Positions 37,804-51,766 of a stretch of DNA of 64,000 bases are shown here, piece by piece. The position numbers and the translations under genes were made by a program. The stretch is from Paecilomyces variotii (taxonomy: Eukaryota). The notes under the pieces were generated by a model. It had not been told where the DNA came from. It was given only the letters and a program-made list of their open reading frames with translations, and did no database searches. Within the stretch, counting starts at the first letter, position 1, and each line of letters starts with the position of its first letter. The stretch is taken from the NCBI GenBank assembly GCA_004022145.1, contig RCNU01000001.1. The stretch is one strand, 5' to 3'.

Positions 37804-40620
37804 ATGTCTCCGACTCCGCCTTCGACTACGTCCTCCAGTGTGGGCGCACACTCGCCTGAAGGTCAGTTCAGAGTCATCAGGAAGAGGAATCGAGTTCCTC
37901 TATCTTGTGCACCATGTCGGCACCGGAAGTGAGTCTTGTGAGACCCTTCACCATGGCAGAGGCCAAACATTGCTAACATGGTCTGCAGGCTTAAATGCAA
38001 CCGTTCTCACCCATGTGAGAATTGCGTTAAGCGGGGCGATTCGGCCTCTTGCACCTATGCCCAACCTGGGGTCCGGAAGAAGACAACCTTGAACCAGAAT
38101 GCAGTGGCAACACCAGATGATATGCAGAACAGGATAGACAGGCTGGAAGGCCTCGTTCTTTCCTTGATGACGAATGGCTCCCAGTCTGCGGGGCCGACTG
38201 CGGCAGCGGCAGCGATCTCAGGCCATAGCAGTATTGATTCAGGTCGAACTTCTAACGAGACTAATGGGGATGAGCTCGAGATGGACGGCCAGGAAGAAAG
38301 CGATACCGAACAGGTCACAAAATCGTTTGGAATAATGAAAGTCGACAACAACAAATCTTATTACATCAGTGATGCACACTGGGCTTCAGTACTTAATGAT
38401 GTAAGAATGCCTCTTTTCGAACCGGCTGGGTTGTCCGTGTCCTAACAACTCATACAGATAGCGGAAGTCCGGAACTATTTCACGGTACATAAAAAGCAAT
38501 ATGAAGAACAAGCTGAGAAGGTCAAGGCCTTGAGAAAGGATACTGATTTTTCAGGTTCCGCATTGCTTTTTGGTACTGTGAAGCCTTTGAGCCAGGCGGA
38601 AATCATGTCTTCTTTCCCTTCCCGATACACGACCGACATACTTATTGCACGGTATTTCAACAGTTATGACCCGTCAACGCATATCCTCCACGGACCAACG
38701 TTCCAGAAGGAGTACAACCGCCACTGGGAAGACCCTTCGCAAACGTGTATTGTTTGGGTAGGCATGCTCTTCGTGATGATGAGACTCGCCATGCTGTCTT
38801 ATCACAGAGATGGCGATGAACCGCCCGAATTTCGTGGGAAATCGTTGGACATGGCAGGGACGTATAGAAATATGATGGCACAATGTCTGACATTGGCCGA
38901 CTATACGAAACCCCATCCGCATCTAATTGAAACTTTGATTCTTCATCTTCACGCGGACTACAGCCAGACTAGGGAAACGGAGACATCAGTGTGGATATTG
39001 GTCGGGATGATCGCGCGGCTGGCTATGCGAATGGGGTACCATAGGGACTCAAAGTCGTTTCCCAACATTACACCATTCCAGGGAGAGATGCGTAGGAGAG
39101 TCTGGACATTTGTTAAACAGGCAGACCTTCTATTTTCCTTCCAGGCAGGACTCCCAAGCATGATTCGCTCCGGGGACAGCGACACCGAATTGCCGAGAAA
39201 TTTATATGATGAGGATTTCGACGAAAGCTGCAAGGAACTGCCACCTCCACGTCCTTCGAGCGAACCCACCCCAATCTCATATTTGATAGCGAAGGCTCGG
39301 ATCGCATTTACGTTCGGGAGGGTCATCGAGCACACCTCCTCTATGAAAAGCGGGCCGTATGAGACGGTCATGGAAATCGACAGCGAACTGCGTCGAGCTC
39401 GAGATATGATCCCAGAACATCTTCAAGTACGCCCTATGGAAGAGTGTCAATTGGATCCTGCTTCCCTGATAGTGTCAAGATTTAACGTACGTTTACAACA
39501 TGGAGAGATCCAGCTCAATTACTTTACTGACTGAATTTAGATCATGAGCACTTACCACAAAGCTCAAGTTGTCTTACATCGACGTTATCTCGGTCGCGCG
39601 CGAGAAAACCCCCGCTTCACGCACTCACGCCGGACTTGCATTGATTCATCACTGGAGCTATTGAGTTACCAGTCAATATTACATGGGGAAACCCGCCCCA
39701 ACGGCCGCCTGCGAGCATTAACTCATCAGGTAATGTCTCTTAGCTCGAATGATTTCTTGCTTGCTGCAACCGTTGTCTGCCTTGATTTGTACCACGGGCT
39801 ACAATTGCAAGCGGCCGGGAGGCCTTCCGGAGACACCTATGCATGGGGTGTGGAACGTCGAGATGAGATGTTGGCTACCATTAGACGCTCTAAGGAGATT
39901 TGGGATGATCTTCGTGACCAGTCAATAGAGGCATGGAAAGCATCATCTATTCTTGGAGTGATGCTCACAAAGCTACATCTTGCACCTCAGGGTACGGAGA
40001 CCAGCACTGCTTCTGCACCTGCCTTTGAGTCACAGGACGAGAAGGAGAACGCTGCGATGACTCTGGGACTGTTGAGCAGTGGCATGAGCCCGTTAAACTC
40101 AGGAACCGCGGGTTTCAGTGACCCGACATTCCGAATGGCAGAGACCTTATCGCCCCCGGGCGGCGGTCTAGGCGTCCCCGGCATACCGCAGGGTGCTACT
40201 TCGCCTTTTAGCATGCTGGGCGTTATGCCGGATATGCAGCCGGTGAATTTGGACTGGGTATGTGCTTACCCCCTCTTAGACCCATGTTTGGCCAATAGCT
40301 AACTGCGAGTGTAGGAAGCGTGGGATAGCTACATCCAGAGCTCGAATTTCGATCCATCAAATCAACTATGGCCGATGTTAGACATGCAACAGCAACCGTC
40401 ACTATCCCCTATATCTCCATCCACGGTCCCAACAGCGCGCAACGGTGTCCCTGAGGTGTCTCGGAACCCATATCGACCACTGCCCGGATTATTCCCCTCC
40501 CAGTCTAATTACGATAATGGACCTAGCCCGGAGAACGGTGTTTTCATGAATCTCAGTAATGATAATAACAGCCCATCTCAACCGCCAGGTGGCCTTGGCA
40601 GGAGTCAGGGAGCGATGTGA
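37804..40620 (+). CDS. Zn(II)2Cys6 transcription factor with fungal-specific TF domain
   Basis: RKRNRVPLSCAPCRHRK, intron, LKCNRSHPCENCVKRGDSASC; ARLAMRMGYHRD; EMRRRVW; four introns. Confidence 0.93.
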
Positions 40621-41549
40621 TTTGTCTGCAGTTGTGTGATTATTTGGCCTTCGAAATGGATATGTCTTATACCCGGTTCCTTTCTCTCACAAAAGTGGGA
40701 ATGACAGCAAAGATTTGATGGTTTAACGGGAGATATTCTGACTATGGCGGAAAAAGCGACGATAGGAAACGGTGTCATCCACATACTATGTATGCATATT
40801 ACGAGATTTCGTTACGGTTACTGTCCCTTGCACATTCTGCCATATGGGTCTCTATTCCTGGGGGCCATCTGACTTAGATCATTTCTCTCTCTCGCACGGC
40901 GGTTTAGTGCCTTTTCTCGTCTCATAACTGAATAGAGTATCGAATAGCTTCCTAGTAGAACGAGTACATATCGGCGGTCATATACGAATTCTGCTGGATC
41001 AATTTGTCAGTAAGGTTGCTTTCAGCCGTTGTCGTAAATATTGGTTTGCTTCTGTAGAGTGTCATCCATACGGCATTTTGTCGAATATTGAATGCACGGA
41101 AGCAAGTTCTTGAACACCTTGAATTGCTTGCTTGCTCCTAGGTCTAGGGGGAATTTGAGCTTATATTTACCTCAATAGGTATACGTTCGCTTTGTGCGCC
41201 GACAAATTTACATAGGCAATTACAGGATATGAGAAGTGACCTGAAATATACCACATGTTAGTAAAATACCCACTAAGTCATATTAGGACAAATGATAGCC
41301 TTGCCCAGGTGCAAACCAATTGAATAATAGCGTTCTTTGGCTTAGTTTTGTCTGGACTCTGGATGCTTACACGTGACCCGCATGGGCCGATGTGGAGATT
41401 GTGTCGATAAGTCCAGCGGGTCGAACTTTTCTCAGCGCGAGAGAGTCTGTCGGCATCCCATCCTTACTGCCAGGCTCATTCAATCTGCATCTCTTTTATT
41501 TGCTTTAATATTTTCTGAACCCAGTTTTCGGATACCCATTTATTTCAAG

Positions 41550-42658
41550 ATGTAAGTTTTACATGGTCACAATGGAATATGTTCTTTTTTTGGGGGGAAA
41601 AGACGAAAAAGATCGCGTTAGCTGATACAAATCTCCGCAGGTATTGCTTCCGACGAGCAGCTTTTCGACTCCTTTCCTCTCCTTCAACTTCTGTTCTTGC
41701 TAAGCCGAGGTCAATTACCACCGTTACTCCCTCTGTCCTTCAATTAAATCGCCAGTTGCCGCGCTACGCTTTCCAGCAACGATGGAACAGCAACGAGACC
41801 GCAAAGGATGCATCCGCTTCCGCGGACCAAGAGAAGACACCTGTGGTAGACCCTATTGCTGAGTCCGCTGCCTCAGAGACTGCACAGGCGACAACTGAAG
41901 CTGCTACGGATGCTGCGCCGGAGACTGAACCGCTGCCAGCCCGGCGGCCAGTGATGGCTCCTCCGGAGCCTAAGGAGACTATTTATGTTGGAAACCTGTT
42001 TTTCGATGTCACTGCGGAGGATCTGAAAAATCAGATGCAGAAATTCGGCGTTGTTGAGACTGCCAGAATTGTCCATGACAACCGGGGTTTGAGTAAAGGG
42101 TGAGTTGTGATAGCGGCTGTCCCAACATGTTCTGGGGTATTGAAACAGTCTCCTAAAAGCGCATAATTCTGACTGTCTCATGTGTCTAGTTTCGGTTACG
42201 TTACCTTCGATAATGTCGAGTCGGCCCAGCGCGCCATCCATGGCATGAACATGCAGGTCTTCGAGGGTCGTCGCATTGTCGCGCAGTTCGCGCAGTCAAA
42301 TGCCGGTCGCCGCAACAGGCCTCGCCAGACTCCCTCCAAGACTCTTTTCATTGGAAACATGGCCTTTGACATGACTGACCGTGACCTCAACGACCTGTTC
42401 AAGGACGTTGAGAATGTGATCGACGTCCGGGTGGCTGTCGACCGTAAAACCGGTCAGCCCAGGGGTTTCGCACACGCCGATTTCCTCGATGTTCCTAGCG
42501 CTGAAGCTGCATTTGAAATCCTCAGCGGAAAGGCCCCCTACGGCAGGAAGCTTCGCGTCGATTACAGTTACACGAACCGGGACGGTGCTGAGTACCGTAA
42601 CCGACGGAGGATCTCCAGTCAACCTATCGAAACTGAAACCGAATCTGGACCCAACTGA
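41550..42658 (+). CDS. Double-RRM RNA-binding protein with probable mitochondrial presequence
   Basis: AT-intron-G start, then YCFRRAAFRLLSS; RNP2/RNP1 pairs IYVGNL...KGFGYVTF and LFIGNM...RGFAHADF. Confidence 0.88.
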
Positions 42659-43016
42659 GACTGCAGAATGAATGGTCGGGATTGTGCATTACAAAAACCA
42701 GAAAATATCTCAAATTCGGTCTTGGAAAGGTATATCCTTTCCAGTGTGCATTCGTCACTTGTTCGACCTGGAAACTGGCAATAGGCGTTATTGCTACTGC
42801 TGCATGGGTGAGATTCTCTGCTGGAAGATGTCTGCTCCTGCGTCTTTACTACCAATCTCTGTTTTCTAAAACTGTGTCATGTATTCAATGGGCAAAGCAC
42901 TTGTAGTATACTGGGTTACCTGGGATAGCATTCTAATGATAGACGACGCGGGAGAGATACAGTTATTTATGCCTACCGTGAGTACTATAAAAGGTTTATA
43001 CGGGTTCCTCTAGCAC

Positions 43017-43035
43017 TATATATATATATATATAT
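43017..43035. repeat. (TA)n microsatellite
   Basis: Visible TATATA run between the RRM gene and PEX5. Confidence 0.85.
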
Positions 43036-43091
43036 CTCTACTTTGATCAACTAGATGGAATAATCATAATAATAATTCTCCCATGAACGCC

Positions 43092-43143
43092 CCTCGGACC
43101 TGGAACCTTCGCCACGTGACCGCGGACCAGGCGGGAGCCTCGG
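43092..43143 (+). promoter_or_regulatory. Two CCTCGG (FarA/FarB-type) sites flanking a CACGTG E-box in the PEX5 promoter
   Basis: CCTCGG at 43092 and 43138; CACGTG at 43113; about 240-290 bp upstream of the PEX5 ATG. Confidence 0.55.
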
Positions 43144-43383
43144 CAACAAAGCCGTCCGCTCTCCCCACGTCGGCGTTGATCGGTGCTTTCCATGCATCTA
43201 CCGGCGCTCAATTTCTCCAACTCTCTTTTCTCCGCACTTACATAGCCTTTCTCTCAGTCATCGTTTCCCTTCCATCTTCTATCTATCTTTCTCGTCCTTC
43301 GTTCGTCGTTAGCGGCTCTATACAACCCGAGATATAATCAGTCGACCACCGTTGCCGGATATATTGCGCTGCGGGATTTCACC

Positions 43384-45419
43384 ATGTCGTTCCTCGGTGG
43401 CGCCGAGTGCTCTACGGCGGCCAACCCGCTTGCACAGTTTACGAAACATGTACAAGATGACAAGTCCCTCCAGAGAGACAGGCTGGTGGGCAGAGGCCCA
43501 GGGGGCATGCAAGAAAGCATGCGATCCCAGGGTATGGTTGGTGGGCAGGATCAGGTATCTATCCCATCCTTTCTATCGATGCGTCACCCGGACCGTTGGG
43601 CTGACAAATCTGGTCTTGTCTCTAGATGATGGACGAGTTCATGCAACAGCCTGGCCATATGGCACAGGGGCCGCCACAACCGTTCGCCATGGAGCAGATG
43701 CGGAGAGAACTCGAGAACTTTCAGACAGCACCCCCGCGGACCGGCTCTCCCGGTTGGGCTGCAGAGTTCGACCCGGGCGAGCAAGCCCGTATGGAAGCTG
43801 CCTTCGCAGGACCAAAGGCTCCTATGATGAATGGCGGTGCAGGTTTCACTCCTGCGGAGTTTGCTCGTTTCCAACAACATAACCAGACGGGCATGGCACG
43901 CACGGGGAGTCCAATTACATCTACACCCAGCCCTTTGATGAGCGGCGGATTCCAGCGACCGATGGGCATGGGATATATGGGTGGAATGGGTATGATGCGA
44001 CCTGCCTATAGTCCTATGGGCATGCAGCAACAACCGGCAGAGATGTCTACGCAGGACAAGGGCAAAGGTCGGATGGTGGAGTTGGACGATCAGAACTGGG
44101 AGGCGCAGTTCGCTGAAATGGAGACGGCTGGTACCCAGGACCTGGATGTGGAGGCCAACGCGGCTATGGAGGCAGAATTGAATGAGCTTGACAGGTCAGT
44201 CCCCGCAGGCACCGAGTCTCGCGAAGAGTCCTTCGAGAGAGTGTGGGAGAGGATTAAAGCTCAGATGGATACAAACAGGAAAATGGCCGAAAATGCAAAA
44301 TTCGATGTGACCGACGACAGCCTGCATATGGGCCAATTGGAGGAGTGGGAAGGGTTTGACAACCTCCACACTCGATTCCGCGACCCCCAGCTCGGTGATT
44401 ATTTGTTCGAGCCTGAAAACGCATTCCGCGCGGTGAACAACCCCTTTGAAGAAGGAGTTAAGATCATGCGTGAAGGTGGCAATCTGTCTTTGGCAGCTCT
44501 TGCTTTCGAGGCTGCGGTGCAAAAGGATCCTCAGCATGTCGAAGCATGGACGTACCTTGGAACTGCACAGGCACAGAACGAGAAGGAAAGCCCGGCAATC
44601 AGAGCCCTGGAACAGGCGATCAAGCTGAACCCCAAGAACCTGGACGCTCTGATGGGATTGGCTGTTTCTTACACCAACGAAGGATACGACTCTGCAGCAT
44701 ACCGTACGCTCGAGCGTTGGCTTTCTGTCAAGTATCCTCAAGTCATTGACCCGAAGGACCTCTCTTCTGATGCAGACATGGGATTCACTGACCGACATGC
44801 CTTGCACGAAAAGGTCACTGATCTTTTCATCCGTGCTGCTCAATTATCGCCTTCTGGCGAGCAAATGGACCCCGACGTCCAGGTCGGTTTGGGTGTTCTT
44901 TTCTACTGTGCTGAAGAATATGACAAGGCTGTTGACTGCTTCACGGCTGCCCTCGCATCTACTGAGACAGGTACTTCCAACCAGCAGGAACAGCTTCACC
45001 TGCTGTGGAACCGGCTGGGAGCTACTCTTGCCAACTCTGGTCGGTCTGAGGAGGCCATCGAGGCCTATGAGAAGGCACTGACCATCAACCCGAACTTTGT
45101 TCGTGCTCGTTACAACCTCGGAGTTTCGTGCATCAACATTGGCTGTTACCCCGAGGCAGCGCAGCACCTTCTCGGAGCTCTCTCCATGCACCGTGTTGTG
45201 GAGGAGGAAGGTAGAGAACGAGCACGAGAAATTGTCGAAGGGGTCGACGGTATCGGAGATGATGAGTTGGACCGCATGATCGATGTCAGTCACAACCAGA
45301 GCACAAACCTGTGGGATACGTTGCGCAGGGTATTCAGTCAGATGGGACGCCGTGATCTGGCGGACATGGTAGTGCCGGGAATGGATGTCTCGGTTTTCAG
45401 AAAGGAGTTCGACTTTTAG
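43384..45419 (+). CDS. PEX5: Peroxisomal PTS1 receptor
   Basis: MSFLGGAECSTAANPL (conserved Cys); WxxxF motifs WAAEF and WEAQF; TPR domain LWNRLGATLANSGRSEEAI; intron 43555-43625. Confidence 0.97.
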
Positions 45420-45978
45420 GCCACCATTTGTCGGCTATTCTCTTGGACGATGTATTAAATGAAAAAAAGGAGAGAGGAGATGATGCATTTCCACTCTGCA
45501 GATATGTTTCGTGATCATTTTGGATACCATGGTTGATTTAGTTATCGGAAATACATATGGCTGTATTTTGATTTGTACTAGGGAATGCATAAATAACTAT
45601 ACATTTGAGGAGTTGTTGAATTAGTAAAAGCGGTGTCTTATCTACATTCTGGTTTCGAACTAGTATGACCATCTATCTCATTGCTACTCGAGTATATAAG
45701 TAATGACCTTTTTGACTTGAGCTTCAGGAAGTTGAACATGGGAGTATGTATACCACTAACTAACCACGCCGCGGCTCGGAAGCGCAGCCGAAACTCCCGA
45801 ACGCGCGGGCATTGCGTCACCCAATCCGGGGTTAGTCTATCATCAACAGCCGAGGAGATGATAATGAGCTCTACGCTGTCAATATTAATGACTTGATAGA
45901 AGTCATATCGAGACACTTTAATACCATCCAGCAGTTGAGCTGGTCTCTTGTCCTTTTGTTTCTGCTGATCGTTCAGTC

Positions 45979-47891
45979 ATGGCTACCGGAGCTCAGATTA
46001 TCGCCCGAGCGCTACGCGACTTGGGCGTCACGGTCATCTTCGGCCTGGTGGGAATTCCCGTCGTCGACATCGCAGAAGAGGCGATCAATCTGGGAATCCG
46101 GTTCATTGCGTTCCGTAACGAGCAGGCCTGCAGCTATGCCGCCAGTGTATATGGGTATATGACGGGACGACCAGGTGTCTGTCTCGTGGTTGGAGGGCCC
46201 GGAGTTCTCCATGCTATCGCAGGTGTAAGCATACTCCCCTTCTGGTTGGAGATGCCGGCCATTACCTGGTATTCCCTCAAGCTGAAACTGACACACAAAC
46301 CAATATTCAGATAGGAAATGCATCGGCTAATAACTTCCCACTACTCGTCCTTGCTGGTTCGTCCGAGACGACGGCTGTGACGAAGGGGTCCTTCCAGGAG
46401 ATGGATGCCATTTCTCTGCTGACGCCGCACACGAAATTCGCTGTTCGGGCGAACTCTCTTGATTCAATCCCGGGTGCGGTTCGAAATGCATACAGGATGT
46501 GCTGGTATGGACGTCCTGGACCGACGTTCGTTGATCTCCCTGCGGATATCATCCAGGGCAAAGCAGCGGCTGATGTTAAGCTGCCGGCACCTGAGAATCT
46601 GCTATTGCCTTCTCCGCCAAAGCCGAGCGGAGATCCAGCTACTATCTTGAAGGCCGCGCAGTTACTTAGATCTGCTCGTGCGCCTCTGGTCATTGTCGGG
46701 AAAGGAGCAGCCTATGCGCGGGCAGAGTCCGCAATACGTGAGCTGGTTGAGCGGACACAAGTCCCTTTCTTGCCTACGCCCATGGGGAAGGGTGTGGTCC
46801 CTGACTCCCACCCATTGAACGCTTCGAGTGCTCGAAGTGCCGCGCTAAAGAACGCTGATGTAGTGCTGCTCCTGGGTGGGCGACTGAACTGGATTCTGCA
46901 TTTCGGGGCCCCTCCGAAGTGGTCTCCCACAGCAAAGATCATCCAGGTCGATATCTGCGCAGAGGAGATTGGCCGGAATGCAGGAAACGCAGAACTCGGC
47001 ATCATTGGCGACATTGGCCTTGTCGTTGAGCAGTTGTCCACGAAGCTCTCCAATTGGAAATATCAACCAGGACCATCCGGTGGCATCTCCTTCCCATCAC
47101 TTCTGGCTTCGTCTGCAAAGAAGAATGAAGCAAAAGCAGAAAACGCTGCATTGAAACCCACCCCCCCAAACACTCCTCTTACCTTCCAACGCGCGTACCA
47201 TATCATCAAAAACACGCTGAATTCCCTCAGCGCCCCCGAGGATGGCCAGATCGTCTACGTCTCCGAAGGAGCCAACACGATGGATATCTCCCGATCCATC
47301 TTCCCATTAAACCACCCCCGTCAACGTCTCGATGCCGGCACATACGCCACCATGGGTGTCGGTCTCGGCTACGTCATCGCAGCTCACGCTGCATACAACA
47401 TCTACCCAGCCGATCAAACGGCGGCCATCTCTCGACCGAAGAAAATCGTCGCATTCGAAGGCGACAGCGCCTTCGGCTTCAGCGCCATGGAAATCGAGAC
47501 CATGGCCCGCTACCGCATCCCGGCCTTGATCTTCGTCATGAACAACTCCGGCATCTATCACGGCGACACCCCGTCTGAAGACGCATGGAAAACCCTCCAG
47601 GACCAAACGATATCTAACGATACGAAATCAGAAGAGGACTACAAGAAGGGGCTCAGATCAACTAGTCTTCTCTACGAGGCGCGCTATGAACAACTCGCTA
47701 CCATGTTTGGTGGGAAGGGATACTTTGTACGCACGGAAAAGGAGCTAGAGAAGGCTACGAGGGATGGATTCCTGGAGTCGAATACCGTTACGGTTGTGAA
47801 TGTCGTGGTTGAGCCTGGTGTCGGGCAGAAAATCCAATTCGCTTGGCAAGGGGTTAAGGATGAGGGGTCGAATAAGCAGGCGAAGTTGTAG
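45979..47891 (+). CDS. Peroxisomal 2-hydroxyacyl-CoA lyase (TPP-dependent)
   Basis: [39 protein letters not shown]...NNSG TPP motif; C-terminal PTS1 -AKL; one intron. Confidence 0.93.
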
Positions 47892-48116
47892 CTGCGCTTG
47901 TAATTCTATGAGAGTTGATTTCACCAGTCAGATTCAATCTGCTTTTGAACACTATTCTACGTATATATAAAACACATGGTATATTTGACAAGTTTGGATA
48001 AAAAAAAAAGAAGAAGAGTCTCATAGAAATGCCCGTTGGAGGCAAAGTAGCCGTAGCTAGCAAGCTACGTTTGGGCCATCGAGGAAAAAAAAAAAAGACA
48101 TAGAAATCGCTACGCA

Positions 48117-49767
48117 TCAGACAGTCGTTAGCACACTGGCGTTCTTGTACCAAGTCAACAGAGGATTTTCTCCGCTTCTAGTTTCTGTGTCTTCGATGTA
48201 TGCCCAGCGTTCCATGAACTCTTCGTGGCTGAGGACCCTCGTGAGCTTTCCTGTAATGGCACGGTATACGTCTTCGATGACGTTGAAGTCGGTGGGGAAG
48301 AAGATGTCGAAGTAGCCTTGGTGGACCTGATAATGATATGTTAGGAGGAGTCTGTTTCTAGGGAAGAAGATGAAGAAGTAATAAAATACAAGGGTAGACT
48401 TACGAAAGGCGTCGAGACCGGCACCGTGCGTCTCTTGTATCGTGTTTGGACCACGGGAGCGTTCAAGCCAGGAACAGCATCAGGCAGAGTGCTGAAGTCA
48501 CTAGTAATCAGGCGATGCGCCGGGAAGTATGCGTGGAGAATGTCGAAGAACTGCATGAGACGAGTAGGGATGTACTCTGGCAAGGTGTAGCCGCTGTGGA
48601 ATGGCAAGGAGTTCCGCACTCCACGCAGGATCTTCGGTCCCAAGGGAGTCGGAAATGGACGTCTGGCAGCCGCTTGTCTCACCCGGAGGAACCTGGATGC
48701 AACAGGGTCGAGTTGCGTGCTGTACCACTCGCGGAATTCTCCGTCAGCATCGATGAGAACCCCTCCCTGCTGCGGGGTCTCAGTCTTCGTGTCATAGCGG
48801 ATGGCATCATGCGCAAAGTTATCGAAGACCTCGAGGGCCAAGAAAAAGCACGGCGAATGCACGTAAGTGTCCCAGTCGAAGATCGACCGATTGATAATCT
48901 CCACATGTCCAAGGTGTCCAGCAGCATTGACTGAATCCCTCAGGTTCTTCATCTGGAGATCAGCCAGCGAGGGGGAAATCTCGATGATCTTGAACTTGGT
49001 CCGCTGGTAGACTTCGTGGTCGGTGTCGCGGATGAAGTCGAGGACATTCAACATCATAGTACCGTTTCCTGCGCCCATCTCATATATGATCAAGTCGTGG
49101 TAGGGGTACAGCGTCAGTTTGTAGTTTGATATCAAGTATCGTGCAATGGCTTCTCCATAGTATGGGCGAAATAGTTCTGTAGGCGTATGCCATAGCTGAC
49201 GTGCGATATCTGGTTTGATCTCGTCCAGTTTATCTTCAAACTCGGTATACCGTTCTCCCAGCAATCGATTGAACTCGCGGCCGTCCTCCATCCTGTTGAA
49301 CTCAAAAGGCTCTCCGGGAGTAAAGATGGTAGCGTGTTTCGAGAAGTAGCCGTAGTTGGGATTGTAGAGACTGTCTGCATCCATAAATTAGTTACGTGCA
49401 ACATGGAACATGGTTGGAGGTCGGTGTCATTACCGTCAATGAACTCTCTTGTTAGCATCTTCACCTGTCTCGGCCGTTCTCGTCGATGGCGCAAGTCCTT
49501 TGCCGTGACCAAAGGATACGTCTTCAATTCCTCCGTGATGTCCTTCGGATAATCATCTCTCTTATGCCACATCATCCCATCATCCGTACTCTTCCGCTTG
49601 GTCTGCCCCCGCCGCGTGAGAAAGGTGCGACATTGTCGATTATCGCGGCACGCGGGTCGAACACAATCCGTCCTCCGCAAAGCCGACGATGATTGGGGCC
49701 GTAGAGACTGACATGGTGGATGCCTGAACAGCTGGCGAAACAGCTGGGTGAGGACTTGCGAGTCCAT
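48117..49767 (-). CDS. NDUFAF7/MidA-family SAM-dependent methyltransferase (DUF185)
   Basis: REFIDDSLYNPNYGYFSK; WHTPTELF; IYEMGAGNGT; LEVFDNF; GYFDIFFPTDF; two introns; mitochondrial-type N-terminus. Confidence 0.88.
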
Positions 49768-50006
49768 CGATGAGTGTCGCGTTCCAATTCCAGCGGGGTG
49801 GGAAGAAAGCTGGTTTGCACTTTCATCGGTTCCCTCTTTCTTTCGAGCGGAGCGGAGGAGAGAACTCGCGTGGCCCGAGCTTCGGCGATGGCTTGGCGGG
49901 AAGAACAAGCTCTAAATTATGATCTATTGCATCAGCGTTTCTCTCTCTAATCTCTTTCTCTTCATAGTTCAATGGGAGCCAGACATTGTCACTTGCACTC
50001 CAGACT

Positions 50007-51630
50007 ATGACGGATCATTCGCGCTTCTACATAGGAGCGGCTTTCGTGGCAGGAATCCTGCTCACACTTGGCTTCAAGGACTTCTATCCGGAGCTCGAGC
50101 GTCGTTTCCGACAGCGACGGACAAGGAAGGACGAAGCTGAGGAAAGCTTAGTTTACGACCAAGATGGGAATTTCTCTTTTCTGGACATCTCGAAGGATTC
50201 GTTGAAGGCCAGGACCGGCCCACCCGCGATTGTAGAAGGCATAGAAGGATGCATCGGAAACACGCCACTTCTGAAGATCAAGTCGTTGTCAGAAGAAACC
50301 GGTTGCGAGATTCTAGCTAAAGCTGAAGTAAGCACCAATTGCAGGTCCTGACGAACAATAAAATATCTAACGATCTGTATAGTTTCTTAACGGAGCTGGA
50401 CAAAGCTCGAAAGACAGGGTGGCTCTCAGTATGATACAAGAAGTATGAGCGAATCCGTTCTCCAAATCTTGTGATATGCATGTGCATGATTGAGATCATG
50501 GCTAGCCGATTATACAAACTAACGTTTGATCAAGGGTGAGAAAAGAGGTCTTCTGCAACCCCATTCCGGTGACACTATCTACGAGGGCACTTCTGGTTCC
50601 ACTGGAATTTCGCTGGCATCTTTGGCAAGGGCAAAGGGCTACCTTGCGCATATGTAAGTGCTTGTATTCTATTTAGCCTTTGCTGCTATGCTAATTATAA
50701 TGGGGATTAAGCTGCATGCCATCAGATCAAGCAATGGAGAAATCCAACCTTCTGCTTAAGCTCGGAGCAATTGTGGACCGTGTTCCCCCAGCTCCAATTG
50801 TAGAAAAGAACAACTTCGTCAACAGAGCCCGTGCTCTTGCTCAAGCTCATACCTTAGCTTCCGAAGGCTCTTCTCCAAATAGCCAGGATTTTCCTCCAGG
50901 AGAAGACTTGCCATTCACCCCGGGAAAGACCAAAGGGCGCGGCTTCTTTGCGGACCAGTTCGAGAATGAAGCAAACTGGAAGGCTCACTTCCAGGGAACG
51001 GGTCCCGAGATATATGCTCAATGCAACGGGAAGCTAGATGCCTTCATCGCGGGGGCCGGTACTGGTGGCACGATATCGGGAGTGGCAATGTTTTTGAAGC
51101 CGAGGATCCCGGACCTGACCGTTGTGCTCGCCGATCCACAGGGTAGCGGGCTATACAATCGGGTTCGCTATGGTGTCATGTTTGACACGAAGGAGAGAGA
51201 AGGTACACGACGCCGGAGACAAGTTGACACAATTGTCGAAGGAATCGGAATCAATCGTGTCACTGCCAACTTCGAGGTGGGAAGACAACTAGTTGATGAT
51301 GCCGTTCGAGTCACCGATGCCCAGGCATTGGCGATGGCTAGGTGGTTGGTTGAGAAAGACGGCATCTTTGTCGGGAGTAGCAGCGCGGTGAACTGTAAGT
51401 TATATATTGTGACATTGTGAGGGAAAGATGACTGAGATGATATACTCCAAAATATAGGTTTTGCGGCAGTGAAGACTGCCCAGAAACTGGGCCCGGGCCA
51501 TAGGATTGTCACAATCTTGTCAGATTCCGGCTCGAGGCACCTATCAAGGTTCTGGGCCCAGGCCGGGGACGTTGGCGGTGTAGTCGATACTAAGTTGGAG
51601 GATGTCCTGAATGCGAAGGAAGAGCCATGA
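50007..51630 (+). CDS. Cysteine synthase-like PLP enzyme with N-terminal TM anchor (Cys12/Mcy1 type)
   Basis: IGNTPLL; SSKDRVAL (PLP lysine); YEGTSGSTGIS; GAGTGGT; VEGIG; DSGSRHL; four introns. Confidence 0.9.
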
Positions 51631-51766
51631 ACAAGGTACGCTGCCATTTCAGCGCATCGCTGGAGCATGCAAGAGTGATTAAAAAAGACGAGGCGATGAA
51701 TATGCTTATAATGCCGAAGCCATCTTTCGGAGGTAACATCGCGCCGGTAAATTGCCGGATCGGTTA

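Noticed and set aside
46226-46310. Possible TPP riboswitch in the intron of the TPP-dependent lyase
   Set aside because: The CTGAGA and CTGAT...TAAT aptamer core motifs are missing.
47889-47903. Possible stop-codon readthrough of the lyase (TAG CTG CGC TTG TAA)
   Set aside because: The protein already ends in AKL, the extension ends in non-canonical LRL, and the context is not TGA CTA.
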